64,000 bases of DNA from Candidatus Shapirobacteria bacterium (GTDB taxonomy: Bacteria; Patescibacteriota; Microgenomatia; UBA12405), in NCBI GenBank assembly GCA_028704885.1, contig JAQWEN010000001.1, forward strand, positions 587,107 through 651,106, in the 5' to 3' direction. Below the pieces are notes generated by a model, which had not been told where the DNA came from, searched no databases, and saw only the letters and a list, made by a program, of their open reading frames with translations. The position numbers and the translations under genes are program-made. Below, one piece after another: positions 19,674 through 29,665 of this stretch; the first letter of the stretch is position 1; every line of letters starts with the position of its first letter.

Positions 19674-19704
19674 AAAAAAAATACCCCCGAATTAACGGGG
19701 GTAT
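19674..19704 (-). terminator. rho-independent terminator after fusA
   Basis: ATACCCCCG-loop-CGGGGGTAT hairpin followed on the minus strand by T7. Confidence 0.65.
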
Positions 19705-19725
19705 TCAAATTTCTAGAAATTTTAG

Positions 19726-21828
19726 TTAACCGTTGGTTTTGGTGGTTAATTTTTCTTGAATATCACGAGGAACGGGATCATAACGGCAAGGTTCCATGTA
19801 GAACGATCCTCGGCCTTGAGTTAAGCTTCTGATGACAGTAGCGTAACCACCGATGGCTTCTAATGGAACGAAAGCATGAATGGTAGTAAAACCATGACTG
19901 TCTTCAGTACCATTGATTTGACCTCGACGGCTGGAAAGATCACCAATGACAGAGCCTAAGAATTCAGATGGAGTATTAACTTCAAATTTCATAATAGGTT
20001 CGAGGATTAGAGGTTTAGCGGCAGCAAAAGCATCTTTAATAGCGTAATTTCCGGCTAGTTTGAAAGCCATTTCAGAAGAATCGACTTCGTGGTAAGTTCC
20101 ATCGTAAACAGTGACCTTAATATCAGTGGCTGGGAAACCAGCAATAATACCTTTTTGAAGAGTTTCTTTGACACCTTTTTCAATAGCAGGAATGAAGTTG
20201 GCGGGAATAGCACCACCTTTGACGCCATTAATGAATTCATAACCTTCCCCTCTTCCTTTTGGTTCAACATGAATTTTACAATGACCATATTGACCATGAC
20301 CACCTGATTGGTGAATATATTTACCTTCACCATCAGCCTTGGCAGAAATAGTTTCACGATAAGCAACTTGAGGAGAACCGGTCTTAACATTGACGCCGAA
20401 TTCTCTTTTTAAACGATCAACAATAATTTCAAGATAAAGTTCTCCCATACCGGCAATAATAGTTTGACCAGTTTCTTGGTTATAAGTGACTCGGAAAGTA
20501 GGATCTTCAACAGCTAAACGATTTAAAGCAGCTCCCATTTTTTCTTGATCATCAGCGGTAGCTGGTTCAATAGAAAGAGAAATAACTGGTTCAGCAAATT
20601 GAATTGGAGAAAGAGAAATAATATTGTTAGCATCGCAAAGAGTGTCACCAGTGGTGGATTCTTTTAAACCGATACAAGCAACGATTTCTCCAGCAAAACC
20701 TTCTTCAAGACCTTCTCTTTTGTCAGCATGCATCAAAAGTAAACGACCAATGCGTTCAGATTTCTGTTTAGTAGTGTTGTAGACTTCAGTTCCGGCTTTT
20801 AAAGTACCAGAATAGACACGAACATAAGATAAAGTTCCAACGTGTGGGTCGGATTGAACTTTAAATAATAAAGCTGATAGTGGTTCAGTTTTAATTGGTT
20901 TTCGAGTGATAACATCGTTGGTTTCTGGATCATATCCTTCAATTGGAGGTAAATCTAAAGGGGAAGGAAGGTAATCAACGATACCATCGAGAATTGGATG
21001 AATACCTTTATTTCTCCAAGCAGCACCACAATAAACAGGGAAAAGTTTTCGATCAATAGTAGCTTTTCTAAGAGTGGCTTTTAATTCTGGAATAGAAATT
21101 TCTTGATCATTTAAAAATTTTTCCATAAGAACTTCATCTTCACCAGCAATTCTTTCAACCATAAGAGCTCGAGCCTTAAGAGCTTTATCTTTGTATTCAT
21201 CAGTGACTGGTTTTCGAGTAAATTCCAAACCTTCTTCGTCCTTATCGTAGACAATCATTTCCATATTCATCAAATCGACGACACCAATATGGTCATGTTC
21301 TTCGCCGACAGGAATAACGACGGGGCAAATTGGGGCATGAAGCTTTTCAGTAATACTATCGAGAGTGCCTTGAAAAGAAGCACCAATTTTATCCATTTTG
21401 TTAACAAAAGCGATTCGAGGGACACCATATTTGTCGGCTTGTCGCCAAACAGTTTCAGATTGAGCCTGAACACCGGCATTAGCATCAAAAATCATAATGG
21501 CACCATCAAGAACACGAAGAGAACGTTCTACTTCGGCAGTAAAATCGACATGTCCCGGAGTATCAATAATGTTCAAACGATAATCTTTCCAAAAAGTAGT
21601 AATACAAGCAGATTGAATAGTGATACCACGTTCTTTTTCTTGAACCATAGAATCGGTGGTAGTTGAACCTTCGTCAACAGAACCAATTTTGTGGATTTTT
21701 CCAGTATAAAAAAGAATACGTTCAGTAGTGGTAGTTTTACCACCGTCGATATGGGCGATAATTCCGATATTTCGGACTTTATCCATAGGTACGTCGCGAT
21801 TTTTAGTAAGTTTAATTTGTTCAGCCAT
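19726..21828 (-). CDS. fusA: elongation factor G (start MAEQIKLT; ORF track extends to 21870)
   Basis: AHIDGGKTT ... DTPGHVDF GTPase motifs and EF-G domains II-V. Confidence 0.95.
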   Translation of the reverse strand: MAEQIKLTKNRDVPMDKVRNIGIIAHIDGGKTTTTERILFYTGKIHKIGSVDEGSTTTDSMVQEKERGITIQSACITTFWKDYRLNIIDTPGHVDFTAEVERSLRVLDGAIMIFDANAGVQAQSETVWRQADKYGVPRIAFVNKMDKIGASFQGTLDSITEKLHAPICPVVIPVGEEHDHIGVVDLMNMEMIVYDKDEEGLEFTRKPVTDEYKDKALKARALMVERIAGEDEVLMEKFLNDQEISIPELKATLRKATIDRKLFPVYCGAAWRNKGIHPILDGIVDYLPSPLDLPPIEGYDPETNDVITRKPIKTEPLSALLFKVQSDPHVGTLSYVRVYSGTLKAGTEVYNTTKQKSERIGRLLLMHADKREGLEEGFAGEIVACIGLKESTTGDTLCDANNIISLSPIQFAEPVISLSIEPATADDQEKMGAALNRLAVEDPTFRVTYNQETGQTIIAGMGELYLEIIVDRLKREFGVNVKTGSPQVAYRETISAKADGEGKYIHQSGGHGQYGHCKIHVEPKGRGEGYEFINGVKGGAIPANFIPAIEKGVKETLQKGIIAGFPATDIKVTVYDGTYHEVDSSEMAFKLAGNYAIKDAFAAAKPLILEPIMKFEVNTPSEFLGSVIGDLSSRRGQINGTEDSHGFTTIHAFVPLEAIGGYATVIRSLTQGRGSFYMEPCRYDPVPRDIQEKLTTKTNG

Positions 21829-21853
21829 TAGATTTATAAAATATAATAAAAAA

Positions 21854-21876
21854 CCGTTGCATTGAAGCAACAGCGG
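21854..21876 (-). promoter_or_regulatory. hairpin + T-tract on minus strand ~25 nt upstream of fusA start (attenuator, or terminator of antisense read-through)
   Basis: CCGCTGTTGCTTCAATGCAACGG followed by TTTTTTATTATAT on the minus strand. Confidence 0.35.
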
Positions 21877-21958
21877 ATGGACTTATGATACCATGGGTAA
21901 ATATAAAACAAAATCCCTCTAAATCTACCTTTGATAAAAGGGAAACTTATAATTAATT

Positions 21959-23167
21959 ATGAAAAAAAATGTGGCAATAATCGGGGCGGGAATTGGCGGA
22001 TTAACCGCCGGTTATGAACTGACTAAAAAAGGATATAAAGTAACTGTTTTTGAAAAAAATAAAGAAATTGGCGGTTTATTGTCGGATTTTAAAATTGAAG
22101 GCGAAAGTTTAGAAAAAACTTATCATCATATTTTTAAAACTGATAAAGAAATAATTGGTTTAATCGAAGAATTAGGATTAATTGATAAATTAAAATGGCA
22201 TAAAAGTTCCGTATCTCTTTTTTATAACGATAAATTTTACCCATTTTCAGGCGCAATTGATTTATTAAAATTTGGGGAATTGGATTTAATTTCTAAAATT
22301 AGACTGGGAATGATTTATTTGTGGTTAAAATTTGATGGAAATTGGAAAAAATATGAGAAAGTTACCGCTTCAGAGTGGATGGAAAAATGGGCGGGAAAAA
22401 GGGCTTATGAGGTGATTTGGAAACCGTTATTAAAAGGTAAATTTCATGATTATAACGATAAAGTATCAATGGCTTGGCTGTGGGCGAGAATTCATACTAG
22501 AGGCGGATCAAAAGGTGGGCCAGCCGACGCTAAAGCTATGGCGGGTAAAGAAGTGTTGGGTTATATGAATGGTGGATTTGGACAGATTAATAACAAATTG
22601 GCCGAAAAATTGGGAATAAAAACTGGAATTGAAGTTGATATTAAAAATTTAGAAAAAGAATTTGATTTGATAATCGATACTAGACCGATTAAAAATATTG
22701 ATTATATTGGAGCGGTGGATTTGATTTTTTCATCAAAACAAAGCTTAAGTAATTTCTATTGGCATAACATTAATGATTTAAAATCCCCTTTCTTGGTGTT
22801 GGTACAACATACCAATTTAATGGGGAATAAAAATTACAATGGCAAAAATATTTACTATTTAGGAACCTATGTGCCACAGGACCATAAATATTTTAAAGTC
22901 GATGACAGAGAAATTGAAAAAGAATTTTTTGATTATTTAAAGAAAATTAAACCGGAATTTGATGAAAAACAAATTTTGGAAAAGAATATTTTTAAGTTTA
23001 AGAATGCCCAGCACATCGTTAATACAAACTATAAAGTGCCGGATTATAAAGTTGGAGAAAAAATATACAATTTAAATTTTGCCCAAATTTACCCAGAGGA
23101 TAGGGGGATTAATTTTGCCGTAAAAGAGGCAAAAAGGTTGGTGGAAATGATTAATAAAGAAAATTAA
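21959..23167 (+). CDS. FAD-dependent oxidoreductase (amine-oxidase / UDP-galactopyranose-mutase-like superfamily)
   Basis: N-terminal dinucleotide-binding IIGAGIGGLTAGYEL...VFEK...GG; HHIFKTDKEI resembles the UGM HIFHT motif; 402 aa. Confidence 0.55.
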   Translation: MKKNVAIIGAGIGGLTAGYELTKKGYKVTVFEKNKEIGGLLSDFKIEGESLEKTYHHIFKTDKEIIGLIEELGLIDKLKWHKSSVSLFYNDKFYPFSGAIDLLKFGELDLISKIRLGMIYLWLKFDGNWKKYEKVTASEWMEKWAGKRAYEVIWKPLLKGKFHDYNDKVSMAWLWARIHTRGGSKGGPADAKAMAGKEVLGYMNGGFGQINNKLAEKLGIKTGIEVDIKNLEKEFDLIIDTRPIKNIDYIGAVDLIFSSKQSLSNFYWHNINDLKSPFLVLVQHTNLMGNKNYNGKNIYYLGTYVPQDHKYFKVDDREIEKEFFDYLKKIKPEFDEKQILEKNIFKFKNAQHIVNTNYKVPDYKVGEKIYNLNFAQIYPEDRGINFAVKEAKRLVEMINKEN

Positions 23168-24042
23168 GGAGCAGTAGTTCCAGTTAAAATCCAATTATAA
23201 AGAATGATTTGATTTAAAATCATGTCAGCAGATTTTTGCGGATCAATTTCAGCCATTAAAAGACCAGTTTTTATTCCATATAAAGAAGAAATGACCTCGG
23301 TATTTTGACTATCTTCTTTTAAGAGATATTCTTTTTCTACAATATGGCCAAGCTCGTGCATGCTAGTTTTAATAACAGATGGGTCATCTATCTTTAGTTC
23401 ATTAATCATAATAATATGTCCAGCTGGATTTTTGTGGTCTATTTTTTCTGAAAGTCCTTGTTTTTCAATATCACTTAAAATTTCTGGAGTTGAACTATAT
23501 CGGTCTTGATGGATACCTAAAATGTCCTTCATTCCTGAATTTAGATGACTATATATATTGCCATTTTTTAGTTGAGAGTAAAGCTTAGGGTAATCCTGAA
23601 ATGGTTCAATAATTACAGGCGTATCAGTATTATTAGTGATAGTTTCAGAAATTTTAGTGATGATCTCTAAATTAGAAGATTTTTTTGATTCGCTTATAAT
23701 TGATTCGATTTTTGGAAAAATTTTATAAGGATCAGGAATATTTTCAACAGCATCAATAACTGAAATATATTCATAAGATCCTTTATATTGACCAAATATA
23801 GTTTCTGTTATTGTATTTTTTTCAGCACATTTTGGAAAATAATGAATATTTGTAGATTTTGACGCTTGCTGATCATAATACTCATAATTTTGGTAAATAT
23901 CTGTTAAAACTTTACTTAAAACCTGATGATCTTTACGATTTGGATCAAGAGTGTCTAATTGTTTTTTAAGAGATTCTTGACGATTTCGATCAACTTCTAC
24001 TTCTTTTATTGGTGGTTTAAACCCATCCACATTACCTTCCAT
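23164..24042 (-). CDS. hypothetical protein with HExxH zinc-metallopeptidase motif (SMHELGHIVE)
   Basis: HELGH near C-terminus; start overlaps rfbD stop by 11 nt. Confidence 0.45.
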   Translation of the reverse strand: MEGNVDGFKPPIKEVEVDRNRQESLKKQLDTLDPNRKDHQVLSKVLTDIYQNYEYYDQQASKSTNIHYFPKCAEKNTITETIFGQYKGSYEYISVIDAVENIPDPYKIFPKIESIISESKKSSNLEIITKISETITNNTDTPVIIEPFQDYPKLYSQLKNGNIYSHLNSGMKDILGIHQDRYSSTPEILSDIEKQGLSEKIDHKNPAGHIIMINELKIDDPSVIKTSMHELGHIVEKEYLLKEDSQNTEVISSLYGIKTGLLMAEIDPQKSADMILNQIILYNWILTGTTAP

Positions 24043-24928
24043 AATTAGTTTGGTTTTTAATTTCTTCTAAACCTTCAGCAAGAGTTTTGAAATTTAGACC
24101 GAGAGATTTTACTTTTTCATTTGAAGTAATTAGAGTTTTTTGCCAAGGACGACTGCCTTCCGGTTGAGATTTTATAAATTCATCGAGACTGGAAGCAGAA
24201 ATTAAATTTTTATCAAAACCAAAAACTTCGGCAACTTTTAAACACATGTCATAAGGTGAATGAGAAGATGAACCGACTAAATGATAAATACCGGTAGTTT
24301 TGTGATCAATAAAATAAGCCAAAGCAGCGGCAATATCATCAATAAAAGTGTAAGTGCAAATTTGATCGGAAAACATTTTAACTTCTTCTTTATTCTTTAG
24401 TTTGGCAATAACTTTGCGGATAATATCGACTTTGGTTTCGAAATCAGAGCGATAAGGATAGGTAATACGAGAAATATTGTAGTTGTTATAATCAGAATCA
24501 GTAATTACTTTTTCGCCTAGATATTTAGTTTCACCGTACCATTCAATTGGAGTGGGAATATCAGTTTCCAGATAAGGAGTGGATTTAGTGCCATCAAAAA
24601 CAAAATCAGTGGAAATATAGATTAACTGTTGATTATATTTTTGGGCTAATTCTAAAATATTTTGAGTACCGACAACATTGAGTTGATAACAAAGACCATC
24701 CTTGTTATTACGTTGTTCCCAGGCAGCATTGGTATCGGTAAAAGCGGCCAAATGAAGGACAGCGATAGCATCACTGTTTTGGCTGAAAGCTGCTGAAAGG
24801 TTGGCGGCATCGAGAATATTAACGCCAGTATCAAGAGAAAAATCAACAAATTCAAATTTGTCTTTTAATAGTTCGACAATACGAGAACCAACTAAACCTG
24901 AAAGACCTGTTCCAATTATTTTTTGCAT
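24032..24928 (-). CDS. rfbD: dTDP-4-dehydrorhamnose reductase
   Basis: RmlD family sequence with N-terminal Rossmann GTGLSGLVG. Confidence 0.8.
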   Translation of the reverse strand: MQKIIGTGLSGLVGSRIVELLKDKFEFVDFSLDTGVNILDAANLSAAFSQNSDAIAVLHLAAFTDTNAAWEQRNNKDGLCYQLNVVGTQNILELAQKYNQQLIYISTDFVFDGTKSTPYLETDIPTPIEWYGETKYLGEKVITDSDYNNYNISRITYPYRSDFETKVDIIRKVIAKLKNKEEVKMFSDQICTYTFIDDIAAALAYFIDHKTTGIYHLVGSSSHSPYDMCLKVAEVFGFDKNLISASSLDEFIKSQPEGSRPWQKTLITSNEKVKSLGLNFKTLAEGLEEIKNQTNYGR

Positions 24929-25002
24929 ATATTAATCCTCTCTGTCCCTCGAAAAGCTCGGGACATCTCCCCTTAACAAAGGGAGAATTCTTTAATTATT
25001 AA

Positions 25003-25557
25003 CTAAAATATTTCTTGATTTTTAATTTCTGAAAGAGTGGGCCAGAGTTTATCTTTTTCTGACAAAATTATGTTTTCAATTTGAGGCCAGTCAATTTTTA
25101 ATTCTGGATCATTCCATAAAATTCCGCCTTCTGATTCTTTGTTATAAAAATTAGAGCATTTATATTGGAAATCAGCAATATCGGAAAGAACTAAAAAAGC
25201 ATGAGCAAAACCCTGGGGAATAAAAACCATCCTTTTATTTTCTTCACTAATTAAAATTGCTTCGTGTTGGCCAAAAGTTGGAGAATCTTGGCGAATATCA
25301 ACAGCGACATCGAGAACTTCGCCACGAGTACAACGAACTAACTTATCTTGAGCAAAGGGAGGTTTTTGAAAATGAAGGCCACGAAAAACACCTTTGGTAG
25401 ATTGGGAATGATTATCTTGGACAAATTCAATATCAATACCATTTTCGGCAAAAACTTTTTTGGAATAGGTTTCCATAAAAAAACCACGATCGTCAGTAAA
25501 AACTGATGGTTCAATTATAATCAATCCTTCAAGTTTGGTTTTGAGAAAATTTGGCAT
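25003..25557 (-). CDS. rfbC: dTDP-4-dehydrorhamnose 3,5-epimerase
   Basis: RmlC cupin sequence (...RGLHFQ...). Confidence 0.85.
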   Translation of the reverse strand: MPNFLKTKLEGLIIIEPSVFTDDRGFFMETYSKKVFAENGIDIEFVQDNHSQSTKGVFRGLHFQKPPFAQDKLVRCTRGEVLDVAVDIRQDSPTFGQHEAILISEENKRMVFIPQGFAHAFLVLSDIADFQYKCSNFYNKESEGGILWNDPELKIDWPQIENIILSEKDKLWPTLSEIKNQEIF

Positions 25558-26567
25558 TATTTATTTAAACTATTTAATTTAATGTAAAATTCTTCGGCTT
25601 CTTTTTTGGTTTCCTGCCACCAAATTTGATTCTGAGTATACCAATCGACGGTTTGTTTCATACCAGATTCGAGATCATACTTTGGCTCCCAACCTAATTC
25701 TTTATTAATTTTATCCCAATTTACGGCGTAATTATCATGAGCTGGACGATCGGCGACGTATTCCAAAGAATCTTCACCTTTATTCATTAATTTTAAAATA
25801 AGTCGGACTAATTCCATGTTACTAGTCCCTTTTTTAAGACCACCAATGCAATAAGTTTCACCTATTTTACCGTTTAATAAAATAGCTTCGATGGCCCGAC
25901 AATGATCTTCAACATGAAGCCAATCACGGAAATTTAGACCTTGACCATAAACTTTGATCTTGCCACCACTTAAAAGACTGGTGATAGAACGAGGAATCAT
26001 TTTTTCGGGATGCTGGAAAGGACCGTAGTTATTAGAACAATTACTAATAGTCACAGGCAAACCGAAAGTTTTAAAAAATGAGCGAACTAAATGATCAGAA
26101 GAAGCTTTGGAAGCGGAATAAGGGCTGGAAGGATCGTAAGGAGTGGATTCGTTGAATTGATCAGTAGAATCTAGCTCAATGGTACCAAAAACTTCATCAG
26201 TAGAAATATGATGAAAACGCTTGATTTGATATTTTTTAGCAGCCATTAAAAGATTGTAAGTGCCAAGGACATTGGTGCGGACAAAAAGAGAAGGATCATC
26301 AATGGAACGATCGACGTGGGATTCAGCGGCAAAATGGACAATAGTGTCAACTTGAGAAACTAACTCATCAACGATTTTTTCATCTAAAATGTCACCTTTA
26401 ACAAATTTGTAATTCGGAGAGTTTTCAAATTCAACTAGATTGCGAGGGTTAGCAGCATAAGTCATCTTGTCGAGATTGATGATGGAATCTTCGGGATGAT
26501 TTTTGAACCAGTACTTAATAAAATTTGAACCAATAAAACCTGAACCGCCGGTGATTAAAATTTTCAT
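25557..26567 (-). CDS. rfbB: dTDP-glucose 4,6-dehydratase (start MKILITGGSGFIGS)
   Basis: SDR extended family, GGSGFIGS and YxxxK (YSASKASSD). Confidence 0.88.
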   Translation of the reverse strand: MKILITGGSGFIGSNFIKYWFKNHPEDSIINLDKMTYAANPRNLVEFENSPNYKFVKGDILDEKIVDELVSQVDTIVHFAAESHVDRSIDDPSLFVRTNVLGTYNLLMAAKKYQIKRFHHISTDEVFGTIELDSTDQFNESTPYDPSSPYSASKASSDHLVRSFFKTFGLPVTISNCSNNYGPFQHPEKMIPRSITSLLSGGKIKVYGQGLNFRDWLHVEDHCRAIEAILLNGKIGETYCIGGLKKGTSNMELVRLILKLMNKGEDSLEYVADRPAHDNYAVNWDKINKELGWEPKYDLESGMKQTVDWYTQNQIWWQETKKEAEEFYIKLNSLNK

Positions 26568-26817
26568 AGTAAGCCAATTGTAATTCAAGAGAGGTGTCTA
26601 TTGCAAGTTTAGGTTTAGCCTTATAAATTGACTATTAACCTATTATAGGATATAATTGGTCTAAGTTTGATGTATTTTTAGGTTAAAAGCTGATTTAAAA
26701 AATTCATCAGTACATTTAAAATCAGATTTGTTGAATAGATTTTAATGAGCGGAAATGTGTTCCCCTATTTGAGGAATAGATTCCCGTTCATTAGAATGAG
26801 GAGAAAGAAGAGAAATA

Positions 26818-27120
26818 ATGGAAGATACTAAGATTTATGTCAAAGAAAATGTCTCAATGTTTTGTCCAGAAATAAACCCAGAAGAAAGAAATAATATTCC
26901 ATTGTCGTCATTGTTAGATCTTTCTTTTATTAATGTTTGGAAAAAAAGTGAATCGTTTATCCGATTCATGTGTTCTAGTTCTAAACTATATGACCATTTA
27001 ATGGTCGAATATGACATAGGAGGAATAAAAAATTTCCTGATTGTTGCAATTATTTGCCCAGGAAACGTCCTTCGAGAATTAGATCTGCCAGAGTTCAATC
27101 ACAAAGACTATCTACGATAG
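26818..27120 (+). CDS. hypothetical protein (100 aa)
   Basis: GAGGAG RBS upstream of ATG; no family recognised. Confidence 0.4.
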   Translation: MEDTKIYVKENVSMFCPEINPEERNNIPLSSLLDLSFINVWKKSESFIRFMCSSSKLYDHLMVEYDIGGIKNFLIVAIICPGNVLRELDLPEFNHKDYLR

Positions 27121-27271
27121 TAAATTTTTATTTCTCCTCTCTTGTCTATTTAACATTTTTGAAAAACCCCGGCGGGAAAGTGATGCATGAGCATTCATTT
27201 TTCTAGTCGGGTTTTTTATTTGAAAAAAAATCCCCCGCTTTCACGAGGGATTTAAATTGTTAGTTAAAAAC

Positions 27272-28693
27272 TTATTCTTCAGCTTCAGTCGGAGTAGCAG
27301 ACTTGGTTGAAGTCTTAGTGACAGTTGGAGTCACTTTGGTGGTTGCAGAAGCACCAGTGCTTAGATCGGTACCGATAGTGAAAACCGCATCATAGGTGGC
27401 AGTTTTAGTTAGATCAGTAGTATAAGTGGCTGGGAAATCGGTAACTAAAGCTGATTCAAAATAAGCTGAAGTACTGGCTGATTTAACACTAACTGAATTT
27501 TCAGTAGCATTGGTTTTAGCATTACCGACAGCAATATTTTCAAAACCCAATTTAGTTAACATGGCTTTGACGGTGGCGGCTTGACCATTAATGTCGGTAG
27601 CATTTAAAACTTGGATTTTAATGGTTTTATCTATTTCAGCAATAGTCGGAGTTGGAAGTGGAATTTCGGTTGGAGTAATAGTGGTTTCGACAATTTCGCT
27701 AGTATCAGCGGGAGTTTCAATTTCACTGGTATTTCGGTTTAAAACAACCCAAATTATAATTGAAGCGAGAGCAGCAGTAAAAATAAAAACTGCGATAATA
27801 GGGAGGATATTCTTTTTTTTGTTTTCCATATTTTTTTTAGGTGAACTAATATTGGTTGGTGATCCTATTATATCAGTATTATGGGTGATGGAGGTAGATA
27901 TTTCACCTAAGACTGGCAGAGGTAAATTGGAGGCTTTGGAAAGACTTTGGGCAATTTGAGATTCGTTATAAACGGTTTTGTCCATTTCAGTAGTGGTAAT
28001 TATTTCTAAATCGCGACCCTCGGGAATATAAATTTTCTTGGTAATACTGGAAAAATAAAAATTTGAATAATTGACTATTTTCTGGATGTCAAGACTTGGG
28101 CCTTTAAGATTGATAGTTAAATAAACTGAATTATTTTTGGAAAGAAGAAGAGTATATTCTTGATCGTTTAAAGGATAAATTAGAAAAAATTCTTGTTTAT
28201 AAATTGAAGAAATAGTATTGGAGATGGCAGTGGAAACGGAAGTTATTTGGCTAATTTTGACACCAATTACACTTAAATTTTCTTTGAGTTGATCTAATTT
28301 AGGTTTATCATAAATAAAAGACTGAATTATTGTTTTGTCGTTAACTTGGGTTATTTTGTAATCAAGTGCATCGGGATCGATTTTGAAATTGACTAAACTG
28401 GCAGCCAAACTAATGACTTCTTTTTTATCAATAGTTTCAATCTTAGTATCGTAAGTAAAAGACTTGGTAAAAACAACATCATCAGGAATTAAAACAGAAA
28501 CTGAATCAAATTTATTTTGTTTAAAATATAGGATTAGGGATTCGAGATCTTTGTCGCTGCATTTTTGCCAAAGATTAAGATCGAAACTTAAGGTGTTATT
28601 TTCCTTGCGATCAATATAAAGTTCGACCGTTTTAGACTTCGGCCACAAAGTGAGTTTTGGTTTGGAGAACAACGACATAGTTAAGTATAACAA
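27272..28693 (-). CDS. membrane-anchored hypothetical protein: cytoplasmic N-domain, one TM helix, extracellular LytR_C-like domain and Thr-rich tail
   Basis: TM ILPIIAVFIFTAALASIIIWVVL; C-terminal IKIQVLNATDINGQAATVKAMLTKLGFENIAVGNA resembles LytR_C. Confidence 0.5.
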   Translation of the reverse strand: MLYLTMSLFSKPKLTLWPKSKTVELYIDRKENNTLSFDLNLWQKCSDKDLESLILYFKQNKFDSVSVLIPDDVVFTKSFTYDTKIETIDKKEVISLAASLVNFKIDPDALDYKITQVNDKTIIQSFIYDKPKLDQLKENLSVIGVKISQITSVSTAISNTISSIYKQEFFLIYPLNDQEYTLLLSKNNSVYLTINLKGPSLDIQKIVNYSNFYFSSITKKIYIPEGRDLEIITTTEMDKTVYNESQIAQSLSKASNLPLPVLGEISTSITHNTDIIGSPTNISSPKKNMENKKKNILPIIAVFIFTAALASIIIWVVLNRNTSEIETPADTSEIVETTITPTEIPLPTPTIAEIDKTIKIQVLNATDINGQAATVKAMLTKLGFENIAVGNAKTNATENSVSVKSASTSAYFESALVTDFPATYTTDLTKTATYDAVFTIGTDLSTGASATTKVTPTVTKTSTKSATPTEAEE

Positions 28694-28734
28694 AAACGCC
28701 CCGAGTGGGGCGTTTTAAAAAGTTTTAAATATTT

Positions 28735-29217
28735 TTACCAACGGAGATGGGCAAAAGCCTTATTAGCATCGGCCATTCTTTCGATTTCAAGTCTTTTATT
28801 GACAGCAGCACCTTCATTATTAAGAGCAGATAGAAGTTCAGCCACTAATTTTTCAGCAAAAGAATGATATTGCTTGTTAGCTTTGGCACGAGCAGCAGAA
28901 ATGAGCCAGCGAAGAGCTAAAGAACTTTGACGAGTACCACGGACTGGAGTTGGAACTTGATAAACAGCTCCACCAATTCGGCGGGGTCTGACTTCGATTT
29001 TTGGTCGAATGTTTTCTAAAGCTCGATCGAGAACTTCAACGACATCTTCTTTAGGAAATTCTTTTTTAAGCAAATCAAGAGCATCATAAACTTGTTTTTC
29101 AGCAGCAGTTTTTTTGCCGTCTTTTAAACAAGCATTAATTATTTTGCTAATAGTAACATTGCCATAGATAGTATCTGGAAGTACTTCTCTAGTTTTATTG
29201 ATTCCTTTTCTGGACAT
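28735..29217 (-). CDS. rpsG: 30S ribosomal protein S7
   Basis: S7 family. Confidence 0.93.
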   Translation of the reverse strand: MSRKGINKTREVLPDTIYGNVTISKIINACLKDGKKTAAEKQVYDALDLLKKEFPKEDVVEVLDRALENIRPKIEVRPRRIGGAVYQVPTPVRGTRQSSLALRWLISAARAKANKQYHSFAEKLVAELLSALNNEGAAVNKRLEIERMADANKAFAHLRW

Positions 29218-29240
29218 ATTTTTTTATTTTATAAATTAAA

Positions 29241-29663
29241 TTAAGCGGTTTTGGCGACAGCTTTCTTGGCACCATATTTACTGCGGGACTGCATACGTCC
29301 AACAACGGCACCAGCGTCGTATTTACCACGAATAATACGATAACGAACACCTGGTAAATCTCTAACTCGGCCACCTTTGATACTAACGATACTGTGTTCA
29401 GCCAAATTATGACCAACACCAGGAATATAAGCGGTAACAGAAGCGTGATTGCTAAGTTTGACCTTAGCAATTTTTCGCAAAGCTGAGTGTGGTTTCTTTG
29501 GAGTCATAGTTTTGACAGAAATAACCACTCCTTTTTTAATTGGATTTATATTGAGGGTTGGTCGATTAGTAATGGTATTAAAACCATTACGAAGAGCAAC
29601 TGTTCTGAGCTTTTGAGTTCTCTTGGTTCGACCAGTTTTGATTAGTTGATTAAATGTTGGCAT
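29241..29663 (-). CDS. rpsL: 30S ribosomal protein S12
   Basis: S12 family. Confidence 0.93.
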   Translation of the reverse strand: MPTFNQLIKTGRTKRTQKLRTVALRNGFNTITNRPTLNINPIKKGVVISVKTMTPKKPHSALRKIAKVKLSNHASVTAYIPGVGHNLAEHSIVSIKGGRVRDLPGVRYRIIRGKYDAGAVVGRMQSRSKYGAKKAVAKTA

Positions 29664-29665
29664 AT

